A stretch of 64,000 nt of DNA from Auanema rhodensis (taxonomy: Eukaryota; Animalia; Nematoda). The position numbers and the translations under genes were made by a program. The notes beneath the pieces are model-generated. The model was given only the letters and a program-made list of their open reading frames with translations, had not been told where the DNA came from and searched no databases. Shown here one piece after another: positions 24,851-39,000 of the stretch. Positions within the stretch are counted from its first letter, which is position 1. Each line of letters opens with the position of its first letter. The DNA lies in the NCBI GenBank assembly GCA_964057225.1, contig OZ059897.1, positions 4,712,001 through 4,776,000 on the forward strand, written 5' to 3'.

Positions 24851-27087
24851 AAAAATTTCTAAATAATTTCACAAAAAGTAGATGTTTTTAGATTCCTTTT
24901 TTCAAGGCGAAGACATTGGATAATGTTTTTCAACAAAAAAATCATTTCTTCAGGGTGAAAATCGAGAATATAAGTGTGAACCTATATCAGTTGATATCTC
25001 GGTGCATTTTTAAGCTAGCTCAAATCTGATAACGCAGATCGACGCAGCTTAAAAATCCGCATCGAATGCACTATACTACATTGAGAAACGCTCTATACAA
25101 AAATTAGTTATAATCGTTTGAAAAATAATGCATTAGTGTATGTTGAGTTCCCATGTACACTCAACATTGCTTCCAAAAACATTTTGACAAAAATTTTCCC
25201 GAAAAATTTCTAAATAATTTCACAAAAAGAAGATGTTTTTAGATTTCTTTTTTCAAGGCGAAGACGATGGACAATGTTTTTCAACGAAAAAATCTTTTCT
25301 TCAGGGTGAAAATCGAGGATATAAGTGTGAACATATATCAGTTGATATCTCGGTGCATTTTTAAGTTAACTCAAATCTGATAATACAGATCGACGCAGCT
25401 TAAAATTCCGCATCGAATGCACTATACTACATTGAGAAACGCTCTTTACAAAAAATAGTTATGATCGTTTGAAAAATAATGCATTAGTGTATGTTGAGTT
25501 CCCATGTACACTCAACATTGCTTCCAAAAACATTTTGACAAAAATATTCCCGAAAAATTTCTAAATAATTTGACAAAAAGTAGATGTTTTTAGATTCCTT
25601 TTTTCAAGGCGAAGACATTGGATAATGTTTTTCAACGAAAAAATCATTTCTTCAGGGTGAAAATCGAGAATATAAGTGTGAAACTATATCAGTTGATATC
25701 TCGGTGCATTTTTAAGCTAACTCAAATCTGATAACACAGATCGACGCAGCTTAAAAATCCGCATCGAATGCACTATATTACATTGAGAAACGCTCTATAC
25801 AAAAATTAGTTATGATCGTTTGAAAAATAATGCATTAGTGTATGTTGAGTTCCCATGTACACTCAACATTGCTTCCAAAAACATTTTGACAAAAATTTTC
25901 CCGAAAAATTTCTAAATAATTTCACAAAAAGTAGATGTTTTTAGATTCCTTTTTTCAAGGCGAAGACGATGGACAATGTTATGCAACAAAAAAATCATTT
26001 CTTCAGGGTTAAAATCGAGGATATAAGTGTGAAACTATATCAGTTGATATCTCGGTGCATTTTTAAGCTAGCTCAAATCTGATAACACAGATCGACGCAG
26101 CTTAAAAATTCGCATCGAATGCACTATACTACATTGAGAAACGCTCTATACAAAAATTAGTTATGATCGTTTGAAAAATAATGCATTAGTGTATGTTGAG
26201 TTCCCATGTACACTCAACATTGCTTCCAAAAACATTTTGACAAAAATATTCCCGAAAAATTTCTAAATAATTTCACAAAAAGTAGATGTTTTTAGATTCC
26301 TTTTTTCAAGGCGAAGACATTGGATAATGTTTTTCAACAAAAAAATCATTTCTTCAGGGTGAAAATCGAGAATATAAGTGTGAACCTATATCAGTTGATA
26401 TCTCGGTGCATTTTTAAGCTAGCTCAAATCTGATAACGCAGATCGACGCAGCTTAAAAATCCGCATCGAATGCACTATACTACATTGAGAAACGCTCTAT
26501 ACAAAAATTAGTTATAATCGTTTGAAAAATAATGCATTAGTGTATGTTGAGTTCCCATGTACACTCAACATTGCTTCCAAAAACATTTTGACAAAAATTT
26601 TCCCGAAAAATTTCTAAATAATTTCACAAAAAGAAGATGTTTTTAGATTTCTTTTTTCAAGGCGAAGACGATGGACAATGTTTTTCAACGAAAAAATCTT
26701 TTCTTCAGGGTGAAAATCGAGGATATAAGTGTGAACATATATCAGTTGATATCTCGGTGCATTTTTAAGTTAACTCAAATCTGATAATACAGATCGACGC
26801 AGCTTAAAATTCCGCATCGAATGCACTATACTACATTGAGAAACGCTCTTTACAAAAAATAGTTATGATCGTTTGAAAAATAATGCATTAGTGTATGTTG
26901 AGTTCCCATGTACACTCAACATTGCTTCCAAAAACATTTTGACAAAAATATTCCCGAAAAATTTCTAAATAATTTGACAAAAAGTAGATGTTTTTAGATT
27001 CCTTTTTTCAAGGCGAAGACATTGGATAATGTTTTTCAACGAAAAAATCATTTCTTCAGGGTGAAAATCGAGAATATAAGTGTGAAC
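24279..27087. repeat. Tandem duplication of a 4-monomer block (1404 bp) containing two divergent monomers
   Basis: M71-73 match M75-77, including variants not seen elsewhere in the window. The junction monomer M74 is chimeric. Confidence 0.9.
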
Positions 27088-30000
27088 CTATATCAGTTGA
27101 TATCTCGGTGCATTTTTAAGCTAGCTCAAATCTGATAACACAGATCGACGCAGCTTAAAAATCCGCATCGAATGCACTATACTACATTGAGAAACGCTAT
27201 TCACAAAAATCAGTTATGATCGTTTGAAAAATAATGCATTAGTGTATGTTGAGTTCCCATGTACACTCAACATTGCTTCCAAAAACATTTTGATAAAAAT
27301 TTTCCCGAAAAATTTCTAAATAATTTCACAAAAAGTAGATGTTTTTAGATTCCTTTTTTCAAGACGAAGACGATGGACAATGTTTTTCAACGAAAAAATC
27401 ATTTCTTCAGAGTGAAAATCGAGGATATAAGTGTGAACATATATCAGTTGATATCTCGGTGCATTTTTAAGCTAACTCAAATCTGATAACACAGATCAAC
27501 GCAGCTTAAAAATCCGCATCGAATGCACTATACTACATTGAGAAACGCTCTATACAAAAATTAGTTATTATCGTTTGAAAAATAATGCATTAGTGTATGT
27601 TGAGTTCCCATGTACACTCAACATTGCTTCCAAAAACATTTTGACAAAAATTTTCCCGAAAAATTTCTAAATAATTTCACAAAAAGTAGATGTTTTTAGA
27701 TTCCTTTTTTCAAGGCGAAGACGATGGACAATGTTATGCAACAAAAAAATCATTTCTTCAGGGTTAAAATCGAGGATATAAGTGTGAAAATATATCAGTT
27801 GATATCTCGGTGCATTTTTAAGCTAACTCAAATCTGATAACACAGATCGACGCAGCTTAAAAATCCGCATCGAATGCACTATACTACATTGAGAAACGCT
27901 ATTCACAAAAATCAGTTATGATCGTTTGAAAAATAATGCATTAGTGTATGTTGAGTTCCCATGTACACTCAACATTGCTTCCAAAAACATTTTGACAAAA
28001 ATTTTCCCGAAAAATTTCTAAATAATTTCACAAAAAGTAGATGTTTTTAGATTCCTTTTTTCAAGACGAAGACGATGGACAATGTTTTTCAACGAAAAAA
28101 TCATTTCTTCAGGGTGAAAATCGAGGATATAAGTGTGAACATATATCAGTTGATATCTCGGTGCATTTTTAAGCTAACTCAAATCTGATAACACAGATCA
28201 ACGCAGCTTAAAAATCCGCATCGAATGCACTATACTACATTGAGAAACGCTCTATACAAAAATTAGTTATTATCGTTTGAAAAATAATGCATTAGTGTAT
28301 GTTGAGTTCCCATGTACACTCAACATTGCTTCCAAAAACATTTTGACAAAAAATTTCCCGAAAAATTTCTAAATAATTTCACAAAAAGTAGATGTTTTTA
28401 GATTCCTTTTTTCAAGGCGAAGACGATGGACAATGTTATGCAACAAAAAAATCATTTCTTCAGGGTTAAAATCGAGGATATAAGTGTGAAAATATATCAG
28501 TTGATATCTCGGTGCATTTTTAAGCTAATTCAAATCTGATAACACAGATCAACGCAGCTTAAAAATCCGCATCGAATGCACTATACTACATTGAGAAACG
28601 CTCTATACAAAAATTAGTTATGATCGTTTGAAAAATAATGCATTAGTGTATGTTGAGTTCCCATGTACACTCAACATTGCTTCCAAAAACATTTTGACAA
28701 AAATTTTCCCGAAAAATTTCTAAATAATTTGACAAAAAGTAGATGTTTTTAGATTTCTTTTTTCAAGACGAAGACATTGGACAATGTTTTTCAACGAAAA
28801 AATCATTTCTTCAGGGTGAAAATCGAGGATATAAGTGTGAAACTATATCAGTTGATATCTCGGTGCATTTTTAAGCTAACTCAAATCTGATAACACAGAT
28901 CGACGCAGCTTAAAAATTCGCATCGAATGCACTATACTACATTGAGAAACGCTCTATACAAAAATAAGTTATGATCGTTTGAAAAATAATGCATTAGTGT
29001 ATGTTGAGTTCCCATGTACACTCAACATTGCTTCCAAAAACATTTTGACAAAAATTTTCCCGAAAAATTTCTAAATAGTTTCACAAAAAGTAGATGTTTT
29101 TAGATTCCTTTTTTCAAGGCGAAGACATTGGATAATGTTTTTCAACGAAAAAATCATTTCTTCAGGGTGAAAATCGAGAATATAAGTGTGAACCTATATC
29201 AGTTGATATCTCGGTGCATTTTTAAGCTAGCTCAAATCTGATAACACAGATCGACGCAGCTTAAAAATCCGCATCGAATGCTTTATACTACATTGAGAAA
29301 CGCTATTCACAAAAATCAGTTATGATCGTTTGAAAAATAATGCATTAGTGTATGTTGAGTTCCCATGTACACTCAACATTGCTTCCAAAAACATTTTGAC
29401 AAAAATTTTCCCGAAAAATTTCTAAATAATTTCACAAAAAGTAGATGTTTTTAGATTCCTTTTTTCAAGGCGAAGACGATGGACAATGTTATGCAACAAA
29501 AAAATCATTTCTTCAGGGTTAAAATCGAGGATATAAGTGTGAAAATATATCAGTTGATATCTCGGTGCATTTTTAAGCTAACTCAAATCTGATAACACAG
29601 ATCGACGCAGCTTAAAAATCCGCATCGAATGCACTATACTACATTGAGAAACGCTCTATACAAAAATTAGTTATTATCGTTTGAAAAATAATGCATTAGT
29701 GTATGTTGAGTTCCCATGTACACTCAACATTGCTTCCAAAAACATTTTGACAAAAATTTTCCCGAAAAATTTCTAAATAATTTCACAAAAAGTAGATGTT
29801 TTTAGATTCCTTTTTTCAAGGCGAAGACGATGGACAATGTTATGCAACAAAAAAATCATTTCTTCAGGGTTAAAATCGAGGATATAAGTGTGAAAATATA
29901 TCAGTTGATATCTCGGTGCATTTTTAAGCTAATTCAAATCTGATAACACAGATCAACGCAGCTTAAAAATCCGCATCGAATGCACTATACTACATTGAGA

Positions 30001-33000
30001 AACGCTCTATACAAAAATTAGTTATGATCGTTTGAAAAATAATGCATTAGTGTATGTTGAGTTCCCATGTACACTCAACATTGCTTCCAAAAACATTTTG
30101 ACAAAAATTTTCCCGAAAAATTTCTAAATAATTTGACAAAAAGTAGATGTTTTTAGATTTCTTTTTTCAAGACGAAGACATTGGACAATGTTTTTCAACG
30201 AAAAAATCATTTCTTCAGGGTGAAAATCGAGGATATAAGTGTGAAACTATATCAGTTGATATCTCGGTGCATTTTTAAGCTAACTCAAATCTGATAACAC
30301 AGATCGACGCAGCTTAAAAATTCGCATCGAATGCACTATACTACATTGAGAAACGCTCTATACAAAAATAAGTTATGATCGTTTGAAAAATAATGCATTA
30401 GTGTATGTTGAGTTCCCATGTACACTCAACATTGCTTCCAAAAACATTTTGACAAAAATTTTCCCGAAAAATTTCTAAATAATTTCACAAAAAGTAGATG
30501 TTTTTAGATTCCTTTTTTCAAGACGAAGACGATGGACAATGTTTTTCAACGAAAAAATCATTTCTTCAGAGTGAAAATCGAGGATATAAGTGTGAACATA
30601 TATCAGTTGATATCTCGGTGCATTTTTAAGCTAACTCAAATCTGATAACACAGATCAACGCAGCTTAAAAATCCGCATCGAATGCACTATACTACATTGA
30701 GAAACGCTCTATACAAAAATTAGTTATTATCGTTTGAAAAATAATGCATTAGTGTATGTTGAGTTCCCATGTACACTCAACATTGCTTCCAAAAACATTT
30801 TGACAAAAATTTTCCCGAAAAATTTCTAAATAATTTCACAAAAAGTAGATGTTTTTAGATTTCTTTTTTCAAGACGAAGACATTGGACAATGTTTTTCAA
30901 CGAAAAAATCATTTCTTCAGGGTGAAAATCGAGGATATAAGTGTGAAACTATATCAGTTGATATCTCGGTGCATTTTTAAGCTAACTCAAATCTGATAAC
31001 ACAGATCGACGCAGCTTAAAAATTCGCATCGAATGCACTATACTACATTGAGAAACGCTCTATACAAAAATAAGTTATGATCGTTTGAAAAATAATGCAT
31101 TAGTGTATGTTGAGTTCCCATGTACACTCAACATTGCTTCCAAAAACATTTTGACAAAAATTTTCCCGAAAAATTTCTAAATAATTTCACAAAAAGTAGA
31201 TGTTTTTAGATTGCTTTTTTCAAGACGAAGACGATGGACAATGTTTTTCAACGAAAAAATCATTTCTTCAGAGTGAAAATCGAGGATATAAGTGTGAACA
31301 TATATCAGTTGATATCTCGGTGCATTTTTAAGCTAACTCAAATCTGATAACACAGATCAACGCAGCTTAAAAATCCGCATCGAATGCACTATACTACATT
31401 GAGAAACGCTCTATACAAAAATTAGTTATTATCGTTTGAAAAATAATGCATTAGTGTATGTTGAGTTCCCATGTACACTCAACATTGCTTCCAAAAACAT
31501 TTTGACAAAAATTTTCCCGAAAAATTTCTAAATAATTTCACAAAAAGTAGATGTTTTTAGATTCCTTTTTTCAAGGCGAAGACGATGGACAATGTTATGC
31601 AACAAAAAAATCATTTCTTCAGGGTTAAAATCGAGGATATAAGTGTGAAAATATATCAGTTGATATCTCGGTGCATTTTTAAGCTAATTCAAATCTGATA
31701 ACACAGATCAACGCAGCTTAAAAATCCGCATCGAATGCACTATACTACATTGAGAAACGCTCTATACAAAAATTAGTTATGATCGTTTGAAAAATAATGC
31801 ATTAGTGTATGTTGAGTTCCCATGTACACTCAACATTGCTTCCAAAAACATTTTGACAAAAATTTTCCCGAAAAATTTCTAAATAATTTGACAAAAAGTA
31901 GATGTTTTTAGATTCCTTTTTTCAAGACGAAGACATTGGACAATGTTTTTCAACGAAAAAATCATTTCTTCAGGGTGAAAATCGAGGATATAAGTGTGAA
32001 ACTATATCAGTTGATATCTCGGTGCATTTTTAAGCTAACTCAAATCTGATAACACAGATCGACGCAGCTTAAAAATTCGCATCGAATGCACTATACTACA
32101 TTGAGAAACGCTCTATACAAAAATAAGTTATGATCGTTTGAAAAATAATGCATTAGTGTATGTTGAGTTCCCATGTACACTCAACATTGCTTCCAAAAAC
32201 ATTTTGACAAAAATTTTCCCGAAACATTTCTAAATAATTTCACAAAAAGTAGATGTTTTTGAATTCCTTTTTTCAAGGCGAAGACATTGGACAATGTTTT
32301 TCAACGAAAAAATCATTTCTTCAAGGTGAAAATCGAGGATATAAGTGTGAACATATATCAGTTGATATCTCGGTGCATTTTTAAGCTAACTCAAATCTGA
32401 TAACACAGATCGACGCAGCTTAAAAATCCGCATCGAATGCACTATACTACATTGAGAAACGCTCTATACAAAAATTAGTTATGATCGTTTGAAAAATAAT
32501 GCATTAGTGTATGTTGAGTTCCCATGTACACTCAACATTGCTTCCAAAAACATTTTGACAAAAATTTTCCCGAAAAATTTCTAAATAATTTCACAAAAAG
32601 TAGATGTTTTTAGATTTCTTTTATCAAGACGAAGACGATGGACAATGGTTTTCAACGAAAAAATCATTTCTTCAGGGTTAAAATCGAGGATATAAGTGTG
32701 AAACTATATCAGTTGATATCTCGGTGCATTTTTAAGCTAACTCAAATCTGATAACACAGATCAACGCAGCTTAAAAATTCGCATCGAATGCACTATACTA
32801 CATTGAGAAACGCTCTATACAAAAATTAGTTATTATCGTTTGAAAAATAATGCATTAGTGTATGCTGAGTTCCCATGTACACTCAACATTGCTTCCAAAA
32901 ACATTTTGACAAAAATTTTCCCGAAAAATTTCTAAATAATTTCACAAAAAGTAAATGTTTTTAGATTTCTTTTTTCAAGGCGAAGACATTGGACAATGTT

Positions 33001-36000
33001 TTTCAACGAAAAAATCATTTCTTCAGGGTGAAAATCGAGGATATAAGTGTGAACATATATCAGTTGATATCTCGGTGCATTTTTAAGCTAACTCAAATCT
33101 GATAACACAGATCAACGCAGCTTAAAAATCCGCATCGAATGCACTATACTACATTGAGAAACGCTCTATACAAAAATTAGTTATTATCGTTTGAAAAATA
33201 ATGCATTAGTGTATGTTGAGTTCCCATGTACACTCAACATTGCTTCCAAAAACATTTTGACAAAAATTTTCCCGAAAAATTTCTAAATAATTTCACAAAA
33301 AGTAGATGTTTTTAGATTTCTTTTTTCAAAGCGAAGACATTGGACAATGTTTTTCAACGAAAAAATCATTTCTTCAGGGTGAAAATCGAGGATATAAGTG
33401 TGAAACTATATCAGTTGATATCTCGGTGCATTTTTAAGCTAACTCAAATCTGATAACACAGATCGACGCAGCTTAAAAATTCGCATCGAATGCACTATAC
33501 TACATTGAGAAACGCTCTATACAAAAATAAGTTATGATCGTTTGAAAAATAATGCATTAGTGTATGTTGAGTTCCCATGTACACTCAACATTGCTTCCAA
33601 AAACATTTTGACAAAAATTTTCCCGAAACATTTCTAAATAATTTCACAAAAAGTAGATGTTTTTGAATTCCTTTTTTCAAGGCGAAGACATTGGACAATG
33701 TTTTTCAACGAAAAAATCATTTCTTCAAGGTGAAAATCGAGGATATAAGTGTGAACATATATCAGTTGATATCTCGGTGCATTTTTAAGCTAACTCAAAT
33801 CTGATAACACAGATCGACGCAGCTTAAAAATCCGCATCGAATGCACTATACTACATTGAGAAACGCTCTATACAAAAATTAGTTATGATCGTTTGAAAAA
33901 TAATGCATTAGTGTATGTTGAGTTCCCATGTACACTCAACATTGCTTCCAAAAACATTTTGACAAAAATTTTCCCGAAAAATTTCTAAATAATTTCACAA
34001 AAAGTAGATGTTTTTAGATTTCTTTTATCAAGACGAAGACGATGGACAATGGTTTTCAACGAAAAAATCATTTCTTCAGGGTTAAAATCGAGGATATAAG
34101 TGTGAAACTATATCAGTTGATATCTCGGTGCATTTTTAAGCTAACTCAAATCTGATAACACAGATCAACGCAGCTTAAAAATTCGCATCGAATGCACTAT
34201 ACTACATTGAGAAACGCTATTTACAAAAATCAGTTATGATCGTTTGAAAAATAATGCATTAGTGTATGTTGAGTTCCCATGTACACTCAACATTGCTTCC
34301 AAAAACATTTTGACAAAAATTTTCCCGAAAAATTTCTAAATAATTTCACAAAAAGTAGATGTTTTTAGATTCCTTTTTTCAAGGCGAAGACGATGGACAA
34401 TGTTATGCAACAAAAAAATCATTTCTTCAGGGTTAAAATCGAGGATATAAGTGTGAAAATATATCAGTTGATATCTCGGTGCATTTTTAAGCTAATTCAA
34501 ATCTGATAACACAGATCAACGCAGCTTAAAAATCCGCATCGAATGCACTATACTACATTGAGAAACGCTCTATACAAAAATTAGTTATGATCGTTTGAAA
34601 AATAATGCATTAGTGTATGTTGAGTTCCCATGTACACTCAACATTGCTTCCAAAAACATTTTGACAAAAATTTTCCCGAAAAATTTCTAAATAATTTGAC
34701 AAAAAGTAGATGTTTTTAGATTCCTTTTTTCAAGACGAAGACATTGGACAATGTTTTTCAACGAAAAAATCATTTCTTCAGGGTGAAAATCGAGGATATA
34801 AGTGTGAAACTATATCAGTTGATATCTCGGTGCATTTTTAAGCTAACTCAAATCTGATAACACAGATCGACGCAGCTTAAAAATTCGCATCGAATGCACT
34901 ATACTACATTGAGAAACGCTCTATACAAAAATTAGTTATTATCGTTTGAAAAATAATGCATTAGTGTATGCTGAGTTCCCATGTACACTCAACATTGCTT
35001 CCAAAAACATTTTGACAAAAATTTTCCCGAAAAATTTCTAAATAATTTCACAAAAAGTAAATGTTTTTAGATTTCTTTTTTCAAGGCGAAGACATTGGAC
35101 AATGTTTTTCAACGAAAAAATCATTTCTTCAGGGTGAAAATCGAGGATATAAGTGTGAACATATATCAGTTGATATCTCGGTGCATTTTTAAGCTAACTC
35201 AAATCTGATAACACAGATCAACGCAGCTTAAAAATCCGCATCGAATGCACTATACTACATTGAGAAACGCTCTATACAAAAATTAGTTATTATCGTTTGA
35301 AAAATAATGCATTAGTGTATGTTGAGTTCCCATGTACACTCAACATTGCTTCCAAAAACATTTTGACAAAAATTTTCCCGAAAAATTTCTAAATAATTTC
35401 ACAAAAAGTAGATGTTTTTAGATTTCTTTTTTCAAAGCGAAGACATTGGACAATGTTTTTCAACGAAAAAATCATTTCTTCAGGGTGAAAATCGAGGATA
35501 TAAGTGTGAACATATATCAGTTGATATCTCGGTGCATTTTTAAGCTAACTCAAATCTGATAACACAGATCAACGCAGCTTAAAAATCCGCATCGAATGCA
35601 CTATACTACATTGAGAAACGCTCTATACAAAAATTAGTTATTATCGTTTGAAAAATAATGCATTAGTGTATGCTGAGTTCCCATGTACACTCAACATTGC
35701 TTCCAAAAACATTTTGACAAAAATTTTCCCGAAAAATTTCTAAATAGTTTCACAAAAAGTAGATGTTTTTAGATTCCTTTTTTCAAGGCGAAGACATTGG
35801 ATAATGTTTTTCAACGAAAAAATCATTTCTTCAGGGTGAAAATCGAGAATATAAGTGTGAACCTATATCAGTTGATATCTCGGTGCATTTTTAAGCTAGC
35901 TCAAATCTGATAACACAGATCGACGCAGCTTAAAAATCCGCATCGAATGCACTATACTACATTGAGAAACGCTCTTTACAAAAATTAGTTATGATCGTTT

Positions 36001-39000
36001 GAAAAATAATGCATTAGTGTATGTTGAGTTCCCATGTACACTCAACATTGCTTCCAAAAACATTTTGACAAAAATTTTCCCGAAAAATTTCTAAATAATT
36101 TCACAAAAAGTAGATGTTTTTAGATTTCTTTTATCAAGACGAAGACGATGGACAATGGTTTTCAACGAAAAAATCATTTCTTCAGGGTTAAAATCGAGGA
36201 TATAAGTGTGAAACTATATCAGTTGATATCTCGGTGCATTTTTAAGCTAACTCAAATCTGATAACACAGATCAACGCAGCTTAAAAATTCGCATCGAATG
36301 CACTATACTACATTGAGAAACGCTATTTACAAAAATCAGTTATGATCGTTTGAAAAATAATGCATTAGTGTATGTTGAGTTCCCATGTACACTCAACATT
36401 GCTTCCAAAAACATTTTGACAAAAATTTTCCCGAAAAATTTCTAAATAATTTCACAAAAAGTAGATGTTTTTAGATTCCTTTTTTCAAGGCGAAGACGAT
36501 GGACAATGTTATGCAACAAAAAAATCATTTCTTCAGGGTTAAAATCGAGGATATAAGTGTGAAAATATATCAGTTGATATCTCGGTGCATTTTTAAGCTA
36601 ATTCAAATCTGATAACACAGATCAACGCAGCTTAAAAATCCGCATCGAATGCACTATACTACATTGAGAAACGCTCTATACAAAAATTAGTTATGATCGT
36701 TTGAAAAATAATGCATTAGTGTATGTTGAGTTCCCATGTACACTCAACATTGCTTCCAAAAACATTTTGACAAAAATTTTCCCGAAAAATTTCTAAATAA
36801 TTTGACAAAAAGTAGATGTTTTTAGATTCCTTTTTTCAAGACGAAGACATTGGACAATGTTTTTCAACGAAAAAATCATTTCTTCAGGGTGAAAATCGAG
36901 GATATAAGTGTGAAACTATATCAGTTGATATCTCGGTGCATTTTTAAGCTAACTCAAATCTGATAACACAGATCGACGCAGCTTAAAAATTCGCATCGAA
37001 TGCACTATACTACATTGAGAAACGCTCTATACAAAAATAAGTTATGATCGTTTGAAAAATAATGCATTAGTGTATGTTGAGTTCCCATGTACACTCAACA
37101 TTGCTTCCAAAAACATTTTGACAAAAATTTTCCCGAAACATTTCTAAATAATTTCACAAAAAGTAGATGTTTTTGAATTCCTTTTTTCAAGGCGAAGACA
37201 TTGGACAATGTTTTTCAACGAAAAAATCATTTCTTCAAGGTGAAAATCGAGGATATAAGTGTGAACATATATCAGTTGATATCTCGGTGCATTTTTAAGC
37301 TAACTCAAATCTGATAACACAGATCGACGCAGCTTAAAAATCCGCATCGAATGCACTATACTACATTGAGAAACGCTCTATACAAAAATTAGTTATGATC
37401 GTTTGAAAAATAATGCATTAGTGTATGTTGAGTTCCCATGTACACTCAACATTGCTTCCAAAAACATTTTGACAAAAATTTTCCCGAAAAATTTCTAAAT
37501 AATTTCACAAAAAGTAGATGTTTTTAGATTTCTTTTATCAAGACGAAGACGATGGACAATGGTTTTCAACGAAAAAATCATTTCTTCAGGGTTAAAATCG
37601 AGGATATAAGTGTGAAACTATATCAGTTGATATCTCGGTGCATTTTTAAGCTAACTCAAATCTGATAACACAGATCAACGCAGCTTAAAAATTCGCATCG
37701 AATGCACTATACTACATTGAGACACGCTCTATACAAAAATTAGTTATTATCGTTTGAAAAATAATGCATTAGTGTATGCTGAGTTCCCATGTACACTCAA
37801 CATTGCTTCCAAAAACATTTTGACAAAAATTTTCCCGAAAAATTTCTAAATAATTTCACAAAAAGTAAATGTTTTTAGATTTCTTTTTTCAAGGCGAAGA
37901 CATTGGACAATGTTTTTCAACGAAAAAATCATTTCTTCAGGGTGAAAATCGAGGATATAAGTGTGAACATATATCAGTTGATATCTCGGTGCATTTTTAA
38001 GCTAACTCAAATCTGATAACACAGATCAACGCAGCTTAAAAATCCGCATCGAATGCACTATACTACATTGAGAAACGCTCTATACAAAAATTAGTTATTA
38101 TCGTTTGAAAAATAATGCATTAGTGTATGTTGAGTTCCCATGTACACTCAACATTGCTTCCAAAAACATTTTGATAAAAATTTTCCCGAAAAATTTCTAA
38201 ATAATTTCACAAAAAGTAGATGTTTTTAGATTCCTTTTTTCAAGACGAAGACGATGGACAATGTTTTTCAACGAAAAAATCATTTCTTCAGAGTGAAAAT
38301 CGAGGATATAAGTGTGAACATATATCAGTTGATATCTCGGTGCATTTTTAAGCTAACTCAAATCTGATAACACAGATCAACGCAGCTTAAAAATCCGCAT
38401 CGAATGCACTATACTACATTGAGAAACGCTCTATACAAAAATTAGTTATTATCGTTTGAAAAATAATGCATTAGTGTATGTTGAGTTCCCATGTACACTC
38501 AACATTGCTTCCAAAAACATTTTGACAAAAATTTTCCCGAAAAATTTCTAAATAATTTCACAAAAAGTAGATGTTTTTAGATTCCTTTTTTCAAGGCGAA
38601 GACGATGGACAATGTTATGCAACAAAAAAATCATTTCTTCAGGGTTAAAATCGAGGATATAAGTGTGAAAATATATCAGTTGATATCTCGGTGCATTTTT
38701 AAGCTAACTCAAATCTGATAACACAGATCGACGCAGCTTAAAAATCCGCATCGAATGCACTATACTACATTGAGAAACGCTATTCACAAAAATCAGTTAT
38801 GATCGTTTGAAAAATAATGCATTAGTGTATGTTGAGTTCCCATGTACACTCAACATTGCTTCCAAAAACATTTTGACAAAAATTTTCCCGAAAAATTTCT
38901 AAATAATTTCACAAAAAGTAGATGTTTTTAGATTCCTTTTTTCAAGACGAAGACGATGGACAATGTTTTTCAACGAAAAAATCATTTCTTCAGAGTGAAA

